Assembly (NCBI RefSeq): GCF_001194135.2
Contig: NC_069004.1
Coordinates: 8,783,972-8,847,971, forward strand
DNA: 64,000 nt
Source of the DNA: Octopus bimaculoides
Taxonomy: Eukaryota
Direction: 5' to 3'
Every line of letters starts with the position of its first letter. Position 1 is the first letter of the stretch. A program made the translations under genes and the position numbers. This document shows positions 26,754 through 39,414 of the stretch, in pieces. The notes under the pieces are model-generated. The model saw only the letters and a program-made list of their open reading frames with translations, did no database searches and was not told the origin of the DNA.

Positions 26754-26937
26754 ATCTATCTAGCTATCTATCTATCTATCTATCACTGTCCGTCTGTCTA
26801 TCTATCTACCCACCCCCACATATATACATATATATGACGTAAACTAACATATTGGTATTAAGTATGACATCCTACACGGACACGATGCCTCAAATTTTTA
26901 GGGGACATGATTAAGTGTTTTAATCTCTTCCCAGTAC

Positions 26938-26987
<50 letters not shown>

Positions 26988-27725
26988 TGCATTTCTAGTG
27001 TTGTATTAAATTACTGTAGCTTCTGACATTTGTTTTCAGCTATTATCTCCCGCCGGTAATAACAGTGGGATAAATGAAGAAAAAGAAAGAGAAGAGAGGA
27101 AAAGATGAGAAAGGAAGAGAGAAGGGGAGAGAGGGAGAGGAGGAGCTGAAGTGGCTGGGTGAGGATGATGACAGGGGAGGGTTGGGGTTAGGGTGGATGC
27201 AATGAGTTGGCAAGATGGTTTCATGAAAGATAAAAGAAAGACCTCTCTTCCCTTTCGTTCTCACCCACACCTTGCCTCCGCTTTTATTCTTTCTAATTCA
27301 CATATGCAATGCGCACAACGCACAAGCACATGCATTCATACATGCATACACATACATATATATATCTAACCCATGCCACCGTGGAAAACGGATGTGAAAT
27401 GCTGATGACATGTTTATAGATTTATAGTCCTTATATTTTCCAAAAGGGAGTTCAGCACTCCCACCTAGCGCAAAAACAACACCTGTGGACCGGTTTCTGG
27501 GTTATTGTTCTTTATCGACGCAGAGTATCTGTTTGGCTAGGTGGCGTTGCTGAATTCACCGATAGAATATATAGTTTTCAAAGTGACACACAGTCACTGA
27601 TCTAATAGAATAGAAATATTATTATTTCTAAATAAGGACATAGATATATTGTGTCGTATAGCCAGCTAGAAGCGATGTTTCCTGGGGCTAAACTACAGTA
27701 ACATCGTCCCTGCCAGGACAGCTAC

Positions 27726-27786
<61 letters not shown>

Positions 27787-28869
27787 TAAATGGTGAGTTT
27801 TGGAGTTTTAAAGACTTACAGCTGTTTCAAATATACATTTTGGGCTCGTTCATGGTTCAATTTAATCAATAGATCAACTGAAAATATAGTGAACGGCCAT
27901 TGGATTGCTATCGTCGTCAGTAAACACGCACATAAAGACACTCACAAATATACACAAGATATATTATAGAATGGGGACGAATGCAAGATACGAACGTTGA
28001 CTTCCAGTCCAATTGTCTAGCATATTATCCACTTAACCACGATAGCTTCTCTAAAACTCTCTAATAAAATAATAAATTAGTTATGGATTGCTGCTATAGC
28101 CATGCCTTCTTAGAACTGGTTCCTTTGATGTTTTAATGGGGATAGAGGGCCGACATTCCCTGATGAATAGACTGTGTGTGCGGATAAAGAGGTTTTATGC
28201 GGGTATGTGTGTGTGTGTGTGTGTGTGTGCGTGTGTGTAGGTTTAGTGTGAATGTATGTGGATGTAGGCAAACTGCTTGGATTTAGTTTTTGAGCGGGGT
28301 GGGGGTCTTATCTGAGTGGGTGGTTGGATGTTTCAATATGTGTGCGCATACGTGTGTGTGTGTGAGAGAGAGAGAGAGAGTATACATACATACGTACATA
28401 CATACATGCATGCATACATACATGCATATATATTATACATGTATGTATGTAAGACATGCAGATATGTGTACACCCCCACACACACACATATGCATAAATA
28501 TAAAATATACATCCATACGTACAAGCATATATATACATATTTATATATGTATTATATGCGTAGACACACAGACAAACACAGACACACATACACACTGAAA
28601 ACAAGCCCACATTACAGAAATGCATCAAAACATTTCTCTAAGGACGTGTGTGTGTGTGTGCACACATATGCACAAACGCACTAACGCGCACACACACATA
28701 CATGCACACACACATAACGCACACACATTCACATTGAAGTATTCAAATATAGTTCCATAAGTTATTTTCCCGAAACTGAAAGTAGCTCGCTTTTGTACGA
28801 ACTAATTACATCTCAGAATGCTAAGTCGATTTCGAGTAAAAGAACAACACAACCTGAATATTTGAAATT

Positions 28870-29490
28870 TCCCATATCGAACACCTCCGTGGATCCGTCC
28901 TCTCATCCGCCTTTTCCAACTTTACCTACACAATCTTTCCACACGTTCACAGAGCACATACAGTCTCGTATGCATCAATACCACATTCATGTTATTTCAT
29001 ATTCTCCTAAGCTGCTACACGACCACTCCGACCTGATATAAACCAGCTAGAAAATCTGGTTCCACGGAACAGATATGCAATAATACTCACGAAGTCCCCC
29101 CCTCTTTCTCACTCACTTACAAGCAACTACATCTAGCCATTATTACATTCAACCTCATAAACATATCCGACGCACACGTGAAGAAAGCAAAAACACAAGG
29201 AGTCACATGCGATTTCTCAGAACAAAATAGGAGACACTGAAATAAGTAAAATGAATTACAAACGCACTTGGAGTAACAACAGGAACCACATTTGAACAAC
29301 AGAAAGAAGAAATAACATTAACCGTTCAAATAATATACTAGATCAATAAAAAAAAACTATGCCAATCCAACCTGGGCCCCTAGTCTGCCAATAACAAAAA
29401 CTATATCAAACAGCAAATAGTCGAAACAGTTCTTGAGCTACCATAACAGGATGTACGCAGACTAGCTACACCCAAAACGAAAGCACAAAT
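28870..29490 (+). pseudogene. I-group-like LINE reverse transcriptase remnant
   Basis: Frameshifted motifs in correct order: RGSVLSSAFSNF / LYLHNL / TVSYA (YADD decayed) / TTGTTFEQQKEEITLT / NYANPTWAPSL / ITGCTQTS. Confidence 0.75.
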
Positions 29491-31467
29491 GAACTGAGAA
29501 ACTTAATTGGGGTTTCACGAAATAATGATCGCACGGAAAGCCTTAGGAACGCTATAATAAGCATTTTTTAGTGAATTTAATTTAAGAACAACCATCAGCA
29601 TTAACCGTAAATTCGTCAATATTTCAGATATAACATTACACTTAACTACAGAAAAGTACTAGACAACTATAAAACATAATGAAGATAACTCCCCAATTTC
29701 ACCCCACCCCCGGTCTCACTGTACCATTCTACAATCATGAAAATCTAGTTGGCAGTATAAGCAGGATAAAATCTAACCTGTCTTCTGACAGGGCCATATT
29801 TAGTAGAGCCACACCCTACTATAATGGCGCATTAGTAAGGAATGGTTACAAAGAAAAAAGAATGTGTAGAAAATGTCTCACAATTCAGTGGAAATGGAAA
29901 ACAGAGATATTCTCTAGTTTAACCCTTCCACTATTGCACGAGCCGTGAAACCAATATAATAGGCAATTTCTTATCTCTAATATGTAAACACTCTCCAGTA
30001 ACATATATAATTATATAATTTCGTTAATATTTCGTTACAGTTATTTTAGTAGTATTGTATCTGAAATATTCAACCTCAGTCGAAGTGATACATTTAAAAA
30101 CATGCTCTCTGCCTTAGAATGCAATTTCAGAAGCACCAATGCTTCTCAAAAAATGGTTGAGTATCGAACATGTATAATAACTGTGGAGAAACAGCGAAAC
30201 CGGATTTGCACCTTAGGAAAAAGATTTAAAACTTGGGGTGGACATCACACACATTCGTTTATAACCACAGACAGAATTAATTCCACTTCTCTGTCCAGAA
30301 CGCCTGCAATGTGAAGGATACTACAAATGGTGAGATATTTATAACATCTTCGAAAATACAACCCAATAGTTAAATAGATCAAAGACATGCAACTTAGGCT
30401 TTGCAGAGAAATATAGCATCTCGAGTCAATGGTACAATATATCAAACAAGTTCACCAGATGTTGAAATTGCTACAACATTGCACCAAATAGCACAAGATC
30501 TTATTTCGATATTTATCTAGTTATTAGGCCAAATTTTACTCATTGTCCTAAGCATTGTTAGTAATATATTGCATGTATATTTTTTTACTGTATTATTTGG
30601 AATTTCAGTTGTTTTACTGATTATTACATTGCACATTTATATTGCACATTTGAAAATAACAGCAGCAAAATGAAGGACTAATCAGTTTGACAATCAGGAA
30701 TCAAATGTAAAATAAGAGCGGTATTGAATTCCTGCACCGAGCCGAAATGGAACAACAACTACCCGGATTCTACTTGACTTAGTAATTGTTTGTTCAACAT
30801 ACGAACAATCAGAAAAAATTATTGATGTAAAACTCCACGTTGTGACCACATTTTGTGCCACTAACTTCGTTAATACTAATTGTATATCCAAACAGTCTGG
30901 GAATCGAAATCATGATCTCGTGATCATGAGTACAACACCCTAACCACTAGGCTATGTGCCTTTACATATTCGTATATTTATTTGTGTATGTGTATGTGTG
31001 TGTGTGCTCGCGCGCGTGTGCGAGTGTGCGTCTGCATAGACGCAATTTTCCCATATTCCCATATTCCCATATTGCGAAAGAGTTCAGCTCAGGTGAAATA
31101 ACAGCAGAGAATATGTTAAGACAGAACAGAGCCCTGCTGTTTCATAAAACCAGAAATATATTGTATCTTCTCTCTCAGCCAGACCTTTTACTATACGATA
31201 AAATCACAGTGGCTTGCACAGACAGTAACGTTACTAAAATATACTGGTCTTATTTTATGTTCACCACAAATATAATGTACCTTATCAGCCAGTTTCTCAC
31301 ATTCTAAGTTAACATTATACACAGTAAGTCTTTCATGTATTAAGCAGAGGTTTATACGTTGGTTAAATTGTAGGAAGGTGATTGCGATGCAGTTTTGCAA
31401 CTGAAGGACTGCTCTTATATGAAAAATTCAGTATTTGTTTTAAAATATGAATGTGTCTCTTTCTGTG

Positions 31468-31510
<43 letters not shown>

Positions 31511-32849
31511 ACACAGAGAGAGACGTATTTCGTCTAAGCAAGCTGGTTGTAAGCACACGTTATTGATAACACGTCAGATGTGATCGTAGAGGAACATGGA
31601 ATGACGTATTTTGCTCAAGAACAAAATGCACCGCCTGTTCCGGGATTTGAAACCATGATCTTGCGATTATGGGTGCAAGTCCCTAGCCTTTAGACCACGT
31701 GCCAAGGCACATGCATTCTACATAATGTATCGTATGCACTTTTATCGCAGGAAAACACATGTACATGTATGAAATACTTTTGTATATATGTGTATGTATT
31801 TATGTGTGTATGTATACATATATGTTTGTATATATGTATATATATGTGTGTATGTATGTATATGTGTGTGTGTGTGACTGTGTGTGTACATTTGGATTAC
31901 TGCAAACACACATATATACGCGCGCATGCACACAGATTTGTAATCTCAGTGTAGACGACACGAACGTAGTCCAAGCGAACAGACGTAAGAACCTCCTCAC
32001 TTCTCAACACTGTGGAGTCTCCTGGGAAATACACAAGGCTGGTATGTATTTAAAAGCCATTCAATACTATTCCACTGCTAAATGCAACTCCTAAAATCGG
32101 AGAGGTCGCTGGCAGAGACGACGATAGATCTCCACGTGACTTGCTGACGTCAGTCATTTATTTATTTACTGTTGTTGTTGTTGTTGTTGTTCTTCTTCTT
32201 CTTCTTAAAATATTGTCGTAATTTTTGTAAGAATATGAATGGAATATGCGCACCAGTAAGTTTAACGTACCAAAAATGGAGAGCAAAAAAACACTTTCGG
32301 CGAGGCGAGGCCATATCGCTGCGTTCATTGTTTTTGTTTAACCCTAGGTCTTTCATTACTCAGCAAACCTATGTCCAAAGGCATTCCAGGTGTGATTATC
32401 AAGTCACCGGAGAGAAATTTGACTGCTATTTCTAGCAGATTGAATGAGACACTTAGAACAGGCATGAACAGAGAGTCCGTATGAGACACGATTCACCATC
32501 AGGCGGTCCGCAGTACTAAAAGAATCCAAGATAAGTTTTTGTTAGGCGAGCCATTCAAGAAGCTACGTGGGCCGTGGTTTACCCATGATTGACTTAGAAT
32601 CTTCCTCTACGGCTGCGTAACAGATATAAACCGAGGTGGTTAGACATCACACACACACACACGCAGCTGACCACTCGATGCATGAGTGCTCAGTTGTCTA
32701 ATCCGCCAGATGATCAACTCATTGCTCACTGAATGAGCACGTGAGGTGGCTGCGTATTCCGAAGACGCGTATACTCTCAACGCAATTCCCAAATAGAATC
32801 AACATGATACAATGTATCAAGGCTTTGCCTTAGGAATTACTAGTACAGT

Positions 32850-33012
32850 CCATCCGATGAGCTTCTACATAGTTTCCGCCCATCAATATCCACTCACGGA
32901 GTTTGGATCGACCTGACGCTATGGAAGAAGGCTATTAGTCAAGACGTCACACAACGGGATTGAAACCGGGACTTCGTGGTTGCGAAAGGGGATTGTTAAC
33001 CACTCATCCATG
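32850..33012 (-). mobile_element. SINE family C head, diverged
   Basis: GATGAGCTTCT..AGTTTCCG...ATCCACTCAC...GGGATTGAAACCGGGAC...AACCACTCATCCATGC is the reverse complement of the C head and core. Confidence 0.6.
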
Positions 33013-33069
33013 CTTCCATGCTTCAAATGTGTGTGTGTGTGTATGTATTTATACACGCATGTTTGTTTG

Positions 33070-33103
<34 letters not shown>

Positions 33104-33110
33104 CTCTCTC

Positions 33111-33145
<35 letters not shown>

Positions 33146-33249
33146 TACATATATATATATATATTACATAGATAGATAGACGACAGAAAATGAAATTATT
33201 ATTATTATTATTATTATTATTACTGTTGTTGTTTTATTCTTTTTTAAAA

Positions 33250-33510
33250 TTAGGTTTTGTCGGCGCTCCTGGAGTCTTGCATGCGTAGCGGGCTTGCTGC
33301 CCGCAGCGTACGGAAGCACGCTATCTTTTTACAATAACCTAATGCTTTCCTGATGATTCTGGCCGTCCCAAAGAGGTAATCCTTTAGCAACAGCTCTACT
33401 GGGCACTGTACTCCGATTTCATTTATCTTCCTCTTGATACTGTCCCCAAAGACCCAATAATAATTGGCACTATCTTCACTTTTCCATAGTCGGGCTATAT
33501 CGTATTTAAG
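33250..33510 (-). pseudogene. R4/Dong-like non-LTR retrotransposon 3' end (RLE domain tail)
   Basis: ORF LKYDIARLWK...INEIGVQCPVELLLKDYLFGTARIIRKAL matches the R4/Dong C-terminal pattern ..eI.RLW......iG......LQKa.LLGTARIiRkvL; flanked by (TAA)n on both sides. Confidence 0.75.
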
Positions 33511-33635
33511 AGGAGTGTTTATGTATATTTTTCGCATTCCTCCTCCTCCTTCTTATTTTTGAAATTCTTTTTCATTATTATTATTATTATTATTATTTTG
33601 TGAAAAGAGGACTTAACCAAAAGGTTAGGACTCAC

Positions 33636-33800
33636 GGCGAAAATACAGTTTCATCTGACAAGATCATATAACCGCCATCCCTCGCAATGGTTCAACCTAC
33701 ATAGTTACGGATTCATATCGACACGACCAGCTGTTAGCTTAGTCTCTTTCCGCCATTTTGAATATGTATGTCGTACTCCGCCGCCCACACTCGTCATACC
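33636..33800 (-). promoter_or_regulatory. candidate promoter and first exon
   Basis: Locally CpG-dense; minus strand GGGCGGCGG (GC box), CAAAATGGCGG (YY1-type motif) and a consensus donor CGCC|GTGAGT at 33636/33635. Confidence 0.4.
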
Positions 33801-34112
33801 GTCGTAAAAATATTTAGAAAAAATAAAATAGAAAAGAAAACTGGGAGAAACTCAACACCCATTGAAAACTAACAAAAAGAGAAAAACAATAGAGAAAAAC
33901 AATAGAAAAATGAATAAATAAACAAGTAAACGAACGAACGGTATTCTTTGATTGTTCTAGGATAGACGTAGGCTTATTCAGAGAAATGCAGGCCTAAGCC
34001 CTACTGTTTTCTTTTTGTTTCTTTTTTTTTTTCCTATCACCTATCTTACCTAAAGGACCAGTCTTAAAGCTGCTACTACTACTGCTGCAAAAAAAACAAT
34101 AACTACTATTAT

Positions 34113-34166
<54 letters not shown>

Positions 34167-34331
34167 GGTTGTTCATAATGTGATGTTTTGTTATTGTTGC
34201 ATTTGATGATAATTTCGCTTTACTGTTGTTGGTTTTTTATCATATCTACTATATGATTATTATTGTTGTTGTTGTAATTGTTGTTATTATCATTATTGCT
34301 GTTGTTATTGATATTATTATTAGCATTATTA

Positions 34332-34508
34332 AAGGCGGTGTTTCGCCAGTCGCTACGTTTTGAGTTCAAATTCCGCCAGGGTCGACTTTGCCTTTCATCC
34401 CTTCAGGGGTCGATAAATTAAGTACCAGTTATACACTGGGGTTGACGTAATCGACTATCCGCCTCAACAAAAATCTCAAGCCTTGTGCCTATAGTAGAAA
34501 GGATTATT
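34332..34508 (+). mobile_element. SINE family B, short-tail unit with head deletion
   Basis: GAGTTCAAATTCCGCC...GCCTTTCATCCCTTCAGGGGTCGATAAATTAAGTACCAG...CCTTGTGCCTATAGTAGAAAGG. Confidence 0.85.
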
Positions 34509-34587
34509 ACCATTACTATTGTTGTTCTTGATGTCATTGTTGTTACTGCTGCACTTACAGCTGTTTTTGCTGTTATTAGTATTCATC

Positions 34588-34629
<42 letters not shown>

Positions 34630-34962
34630 TACTACTACTGTTACCGCCATTGTCATTTGTTTGTCGACAGCTTAGATTTGTGCAGTGGGTTTTAGTATGC
34701 GATTTGTAACATGTCATAACATGCCCCACCTCTGATTTAGCGGAAAACTGAGACAAGTAGGCAGATGGATGGTAGATACATGGGCTGGGGGTGTGCCGGT
34801 AGACATTACAAATTGGTCTTCTTTCACACGTACATAAGTATATACATGCATGCATACACATATATACATAAATATACATATATGCAACCTATACGTTCAT
34901 ACGTCAGTTTGCCACTGTTGTCAACACTCTTACCAACAAGGATTGTATTATATCTTGCATCG

Positions 34963-35004
<42 letters not shown>

Positions 35005-36117
35005 GGTTGAGGTATTTCCTCTTACATCCCTTATAGTGCATGCATTTGTACGGATGTGGAAATATGTATGTGTGCGTATGGGTATCTGCATACGTATTTG
35101 TCTGTAAGTATGTATGTATGTAAGCATATACGAATACTTACACACATATATGATATATATATGCATAGAGATATACGCACCTAGATGTGTATAGGCATAT
35201 ATATATAAATATACATGCACACACACACACATATATATGCATGCCCACTCAAGCACATACATATAGACACACATACACACTTGTGTGATACTCTTAATCC
35301 GAAGACTAACAAGACAGGCATTCAAAAATGAACTTGATGNNNNNNNNNNNNNNNNNNNNNNNNNNNNNNNNNNNNNNNNNNNNNNNNNNNNNNNNNNNNN
35401 NNNNNNNNNNNNNNNNNNNNNNNNNNNNNNNNNNNNNNNNNNNNNNNNNNNNNNNNNNNNNNNNNNNNNNNNNNNNNNNNNNNNNNNNNNNNNNNNNNNN
35501 NNNNNNNNNNNNNNNNNNNNNNNNNNNNNNNNNNNNNNNNNNNNNNNNNNNNNNNNNNNNNNNNNNNNNNNNNNNNNNNNNNNNNNNNNNNNNNNNNNNN
35601 NNNNNNNNNNNNNNNNNNNNNNNNNNNNNNNNNNNNNNNNNNNNNNNNNNNNNNNNNNNNNNNNNNNNNNNNNNNNNNNNNNNNNNNNNNNNNNNNNNNN
35701 NNNNNNNNNNNNNNNNNNNNNNNNNNNNNNNNNNNNNNNNNNNNNNNNNNNNNNNNNNNNNNNNNNNNNNNNNNNNNNNNNNNNNNNNNNNNNNNNNNNN
35801 NNNNNNNNNNNNNNNNNNNNNNNNNNNNNNNNNNNNNNNNNNNNNNNNNNNNNNNNNNNNNNNNNNNNNNNNNNNNNNNNNNNNNNNNNNNNNNNNNNNN
35901 NNNNNNNNNNNNNNNNNNNNNNNNNNNNNNNNNNNNNNNNNNNNNNNNNNNNNNNNNNNNNNNNNNNNNNNNNNNNNNNNNNNNNNNNNNNNNNNNNNNN
36001 NNNNNNNNNNNNNNNNNNNNNNNNNNNNNNNNNNNNNNNNNNNNNNNNNNNNNNNNNNNNNNNNNNNNNNNNNNNNNNNNNNNNNNNNNNNNNNNNNNNN
36101 NNNNNNNNNNNNNNNNN

Positions 36118-36990
36118 ACGTCACTGTATCAGATATAGTTGTATACGTATTTATATCACATTGCAATCTTTTTTCGATGTCTAACATCACTGTGTCCTTT
36201 ATAGTCATATTTCTATGATGTCACAACTATTGTGGGTAATGTGTAACATCACTCCCTCAGTTATAACTGTGTTTCTATGACGACAGCACGCCGGACGAAA
36301 TGCTTAGTGGTATTTCGTCCGTCTGCACGTTCTGAGTTCAAATTCCACCGAGGTTGAATTTGTCTGTCATCCTTTCGGGATCGATAAATTAAATACCAGT
36401 TACGCACTGAGGTCGATATAATCGACTTAATCCGTTTGTCTGTCCTTGTTTGTTCCATCTGTGTGTATCCCCTTGTGGGCAGTAAAGAAATAAGAATCGT
36501 TAGCACACCCGGGCAATATGCTTAGCGGTATTTCGCCCGTCTTCACGTTCTGAATACAAATTCCAGCGAGGTCGAATTTGCCTTTTATCCTTTTGGGGTC
36601 GATAAAATAAATACCAGTTGTGCACTGAGGTCGAAGTAATCAACAAGTCCCCATCCTCAAAAATTTCAGGCCTTGTGTCCATAGTAGAAAGGATATTATG
36701 TGACGTCATACAGTTATCTCCAACAGCCGCATCATCTACACTGTTTATTTGTTGACATCACAGTGTTCACTTACAGTCAATATGACATCACACTAACAAG
36801 AATAGCTGTTGCTGTGACGTCACAATGCCATTTACAGTCACAATATCGTCAATAGGTGATTGGTACTACAGTCTCATCCATATTTGAACATCTGTGAGGC
36901 AACAATTTCATCTGTGCTTGACATAATTTGCAGCACCGTACTACATGATAGTTCGTACTGCGTGACGTTACTGTGTCATCTACAGTTTAT
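36118..36990. repeat. degenerate ~31-bp minisatellite with TGACRTCAC core, interrupted by a SINE dimer
   Basis: Cores at 36182, 36216, 36244, 36278, 36701, 36753, 36783, 36815 and 36963; several are followed by a related wGTGTc..TTACAGTCA. Confidence 0.65.
36286..36695 (+). mobile_element. SINE family B heterodimer (long-tail plus short-tail)
   Basis: Two cores; junction AAAGAAATA|AGAATCGTTAGCAC as at 11565 and about 59973. Confidence 0.88.
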
Positions 36991-37277
36991 ATGAGGATAT
37001 ACATATAAAACCATTCACGCGCACACAAATGCACACACACATACATGTATACCTACCTACATACACACGCATACATATCTATATATTTATAAACGCACAC
37101 ACATATCTACACATATATGCATATATACATACAAATATATATGCACCACTGTCATTTTATTTTATATATATATNNNNNNNNNNATATATATATATATATA
37201 ATGTTCATACCTACATATTTATAGATATACATACACACACATACCCACACACACACAGATATATACACATACACAAA

Positions 37278-37498
37278 CAGGGTGGCCCAAAAGTAGATTC
37301 AAAGTTATCATTATAGGCACTTTAAATTTCTTTTAAAACATTTTATTACGTTTAAATTTCTATCTTACAATTAACCAATTTAGAGTAGAATAATTTGGTT
37401 CATATTCTTTATAATTAAGATTTAAACTGTTAATATATGAATATATGAATGCGAAAGAGATAGTTGAATAACTGTAAACCTACTTTTGGGCCACCCTG
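37278..37498. mobile_element. Tc1-type MITE
   Basis: TIRs CAGGGTGGCCCAAAAGTAG and CTACTTTTGGGCCACCCTG, TA at the right flank, 221 bp. Confidence 0.85.
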
Positions 37499-37625
37499 TA
37501 TATACATACACACGCATGCACACATGTATATAGATACATGGCATGCACACATACAAAAATACAAGTATACATACATACATGCATATATATGCATACACAC
37601 AATCGCATATATCAAATGCAACAAT

Positions 37626-37678
<53 letters not shown>

Positions 37679-38315
37679 GGCCTCTTTAAGAAAGTGGAGA
37701 GTGATTTGAAGGTAATTTATCTACTATTTATACAATCCAGTGTCTCTAGAAAACCGAATGAAATTAATGAGCAGACAAAGAAGTTTGTACGTGATTGCCA
37801 GACATTTTAAAAATAGCAGCAAAATTACCCTCAATTATACCCTACCGGTGTAAAAAGGCACAGAAAAAAGGAAAAGGCACATTAATTAATGCTGACCTAG
37901 ATATCCCTAAAAAGAAAAAAAAAACGAGATGGAAATCTTTTGATGAGGGGAGCCAGGACTAAACTACACCAGCGAGTTAATTTAATGCTTTTCGCAGACT
38001 TGCTTAACATGTCTATATAATATGTGATTGAGGTCTGGTGATGAGGGGATCTCGGTAGGACGAGACAGGAAATTATTTATGTTTGAAAGAAAAAAAAAAG
38101 GAAGGCTTCAACCTGTAGCCTGAAGGAGAATTAAGGACGAAACAGAGAGGAGAAGGAAAGTTTAAGCTATACTATCTTGGTTTTGCAATTTCCATTTTCT
38201 TATTCTTCGTTCTCTATTTTCAATATTATATTTTGCATATTTTTGACCAAGTTTAACGGGAAACCAATGTGATTAATGCTTTGTGGGCTCCCTCGGTTGT
38301 ACGCACACACATACA

Positions 38316-38386
<71 letters not shown>

Positions 38387-38421
38387 GTATATATATACAT
38401 ATATAAATATAAAGATGTGTG

Positions 38422-39064
38422 ATAAACAAACGACATAACGTATACTGAATATAAAAACGAACGGGAGACAAACAGAAGGTCCGTAATTCTTCATCAGTTA
38501 TCGACCAATTTTCAGTTTCGCGCCTTCAGCGATAAGACTGAGCGCTTCCCAATTGGCGTTGCGGGGAATTAGGGGCGATAGCAAACAAGACAAAGCAAGC
38601 TAAACGATACAAGAGTGTGATTTAAGACGGTGGACAAGAGTGAACAGTCGAACAAGATACGGCCTTGGGGCCAAGGAGACGAGAATAGTGGGCAACGCTT
38701 AGAAAATGCCTTGAAGGATGGAGAACGGAGAGACAGAGAATTTGTGACCGGTCAGCAATAGGACCAGTGTAAGAAAGGAAGAGGGAAACTGGCCACACGT
38801 CACGTGACAGCAGAAGGCAGAGGAGAATGACAGCAAGAGAGAGAGACAGAGAGAGAGGGAGAGCGGCAGAGAAAAAAGGGAAGGAGACGAAGGGAAATAA
38901 GACAGGGTAGGAATACAAGAGGGAAAGAGAGAGAGAGAGAGAAAAGTAGAGACGCTAGAATAGAAACTGATTACCAATTGGTCGGTAACTGATGAAGAAT
39001 TACGGACCTTCTCTTTGTCTCCCGTTCGTTTTTACATTCAGTATACGTTATGTCGTTTGTTTAT
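38422..39064. repeat. 89-bp inverted repeat (86/89 identical) with 465-bp unique spacer
   Basis: 38422-38510 equals the reverse complement of 38976-39064 except at three positions. Confidence 0.95.
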
Positions 39065-39414
39065 TTACCACACATGGGGGTGGGGGTGGGGGTAAGGATG
39101 ATGATGATGATGATGATGACTGTGATGATAAAGAACAGAAGATGAAGAGGAGATAGAATGTGAACGGCAAGACAAAACGGAGGACAAAAGTCGTAACAAC
39201 AACAACAACAACAACAAAAGCAAGAACAACAACAGTACTAGTCTGCATCAACAGCTATGTAAACAAATTAACCGTTTTGTGTCTGACAAGTGGGGTGGGA
39301 TGATGGGGGGTCTACCCCAACTTCTTTATGTACCAGACATAACTAACCCCATCTGACCGGTTTTGTGTGCGCGTTTTAGTCGGAAATTCGCTCTGATTAG
39401 AAGAACTGGGGGGA

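Noticed and set aside
29120-29236. Minus-strand segment with good acceptor (TTATTTCAG) and donor (GTAAGT)
   Set aside because: It lies antisense within the I-group LINE remnant and the only open frame is not protein-like; at most a cryptic exon.
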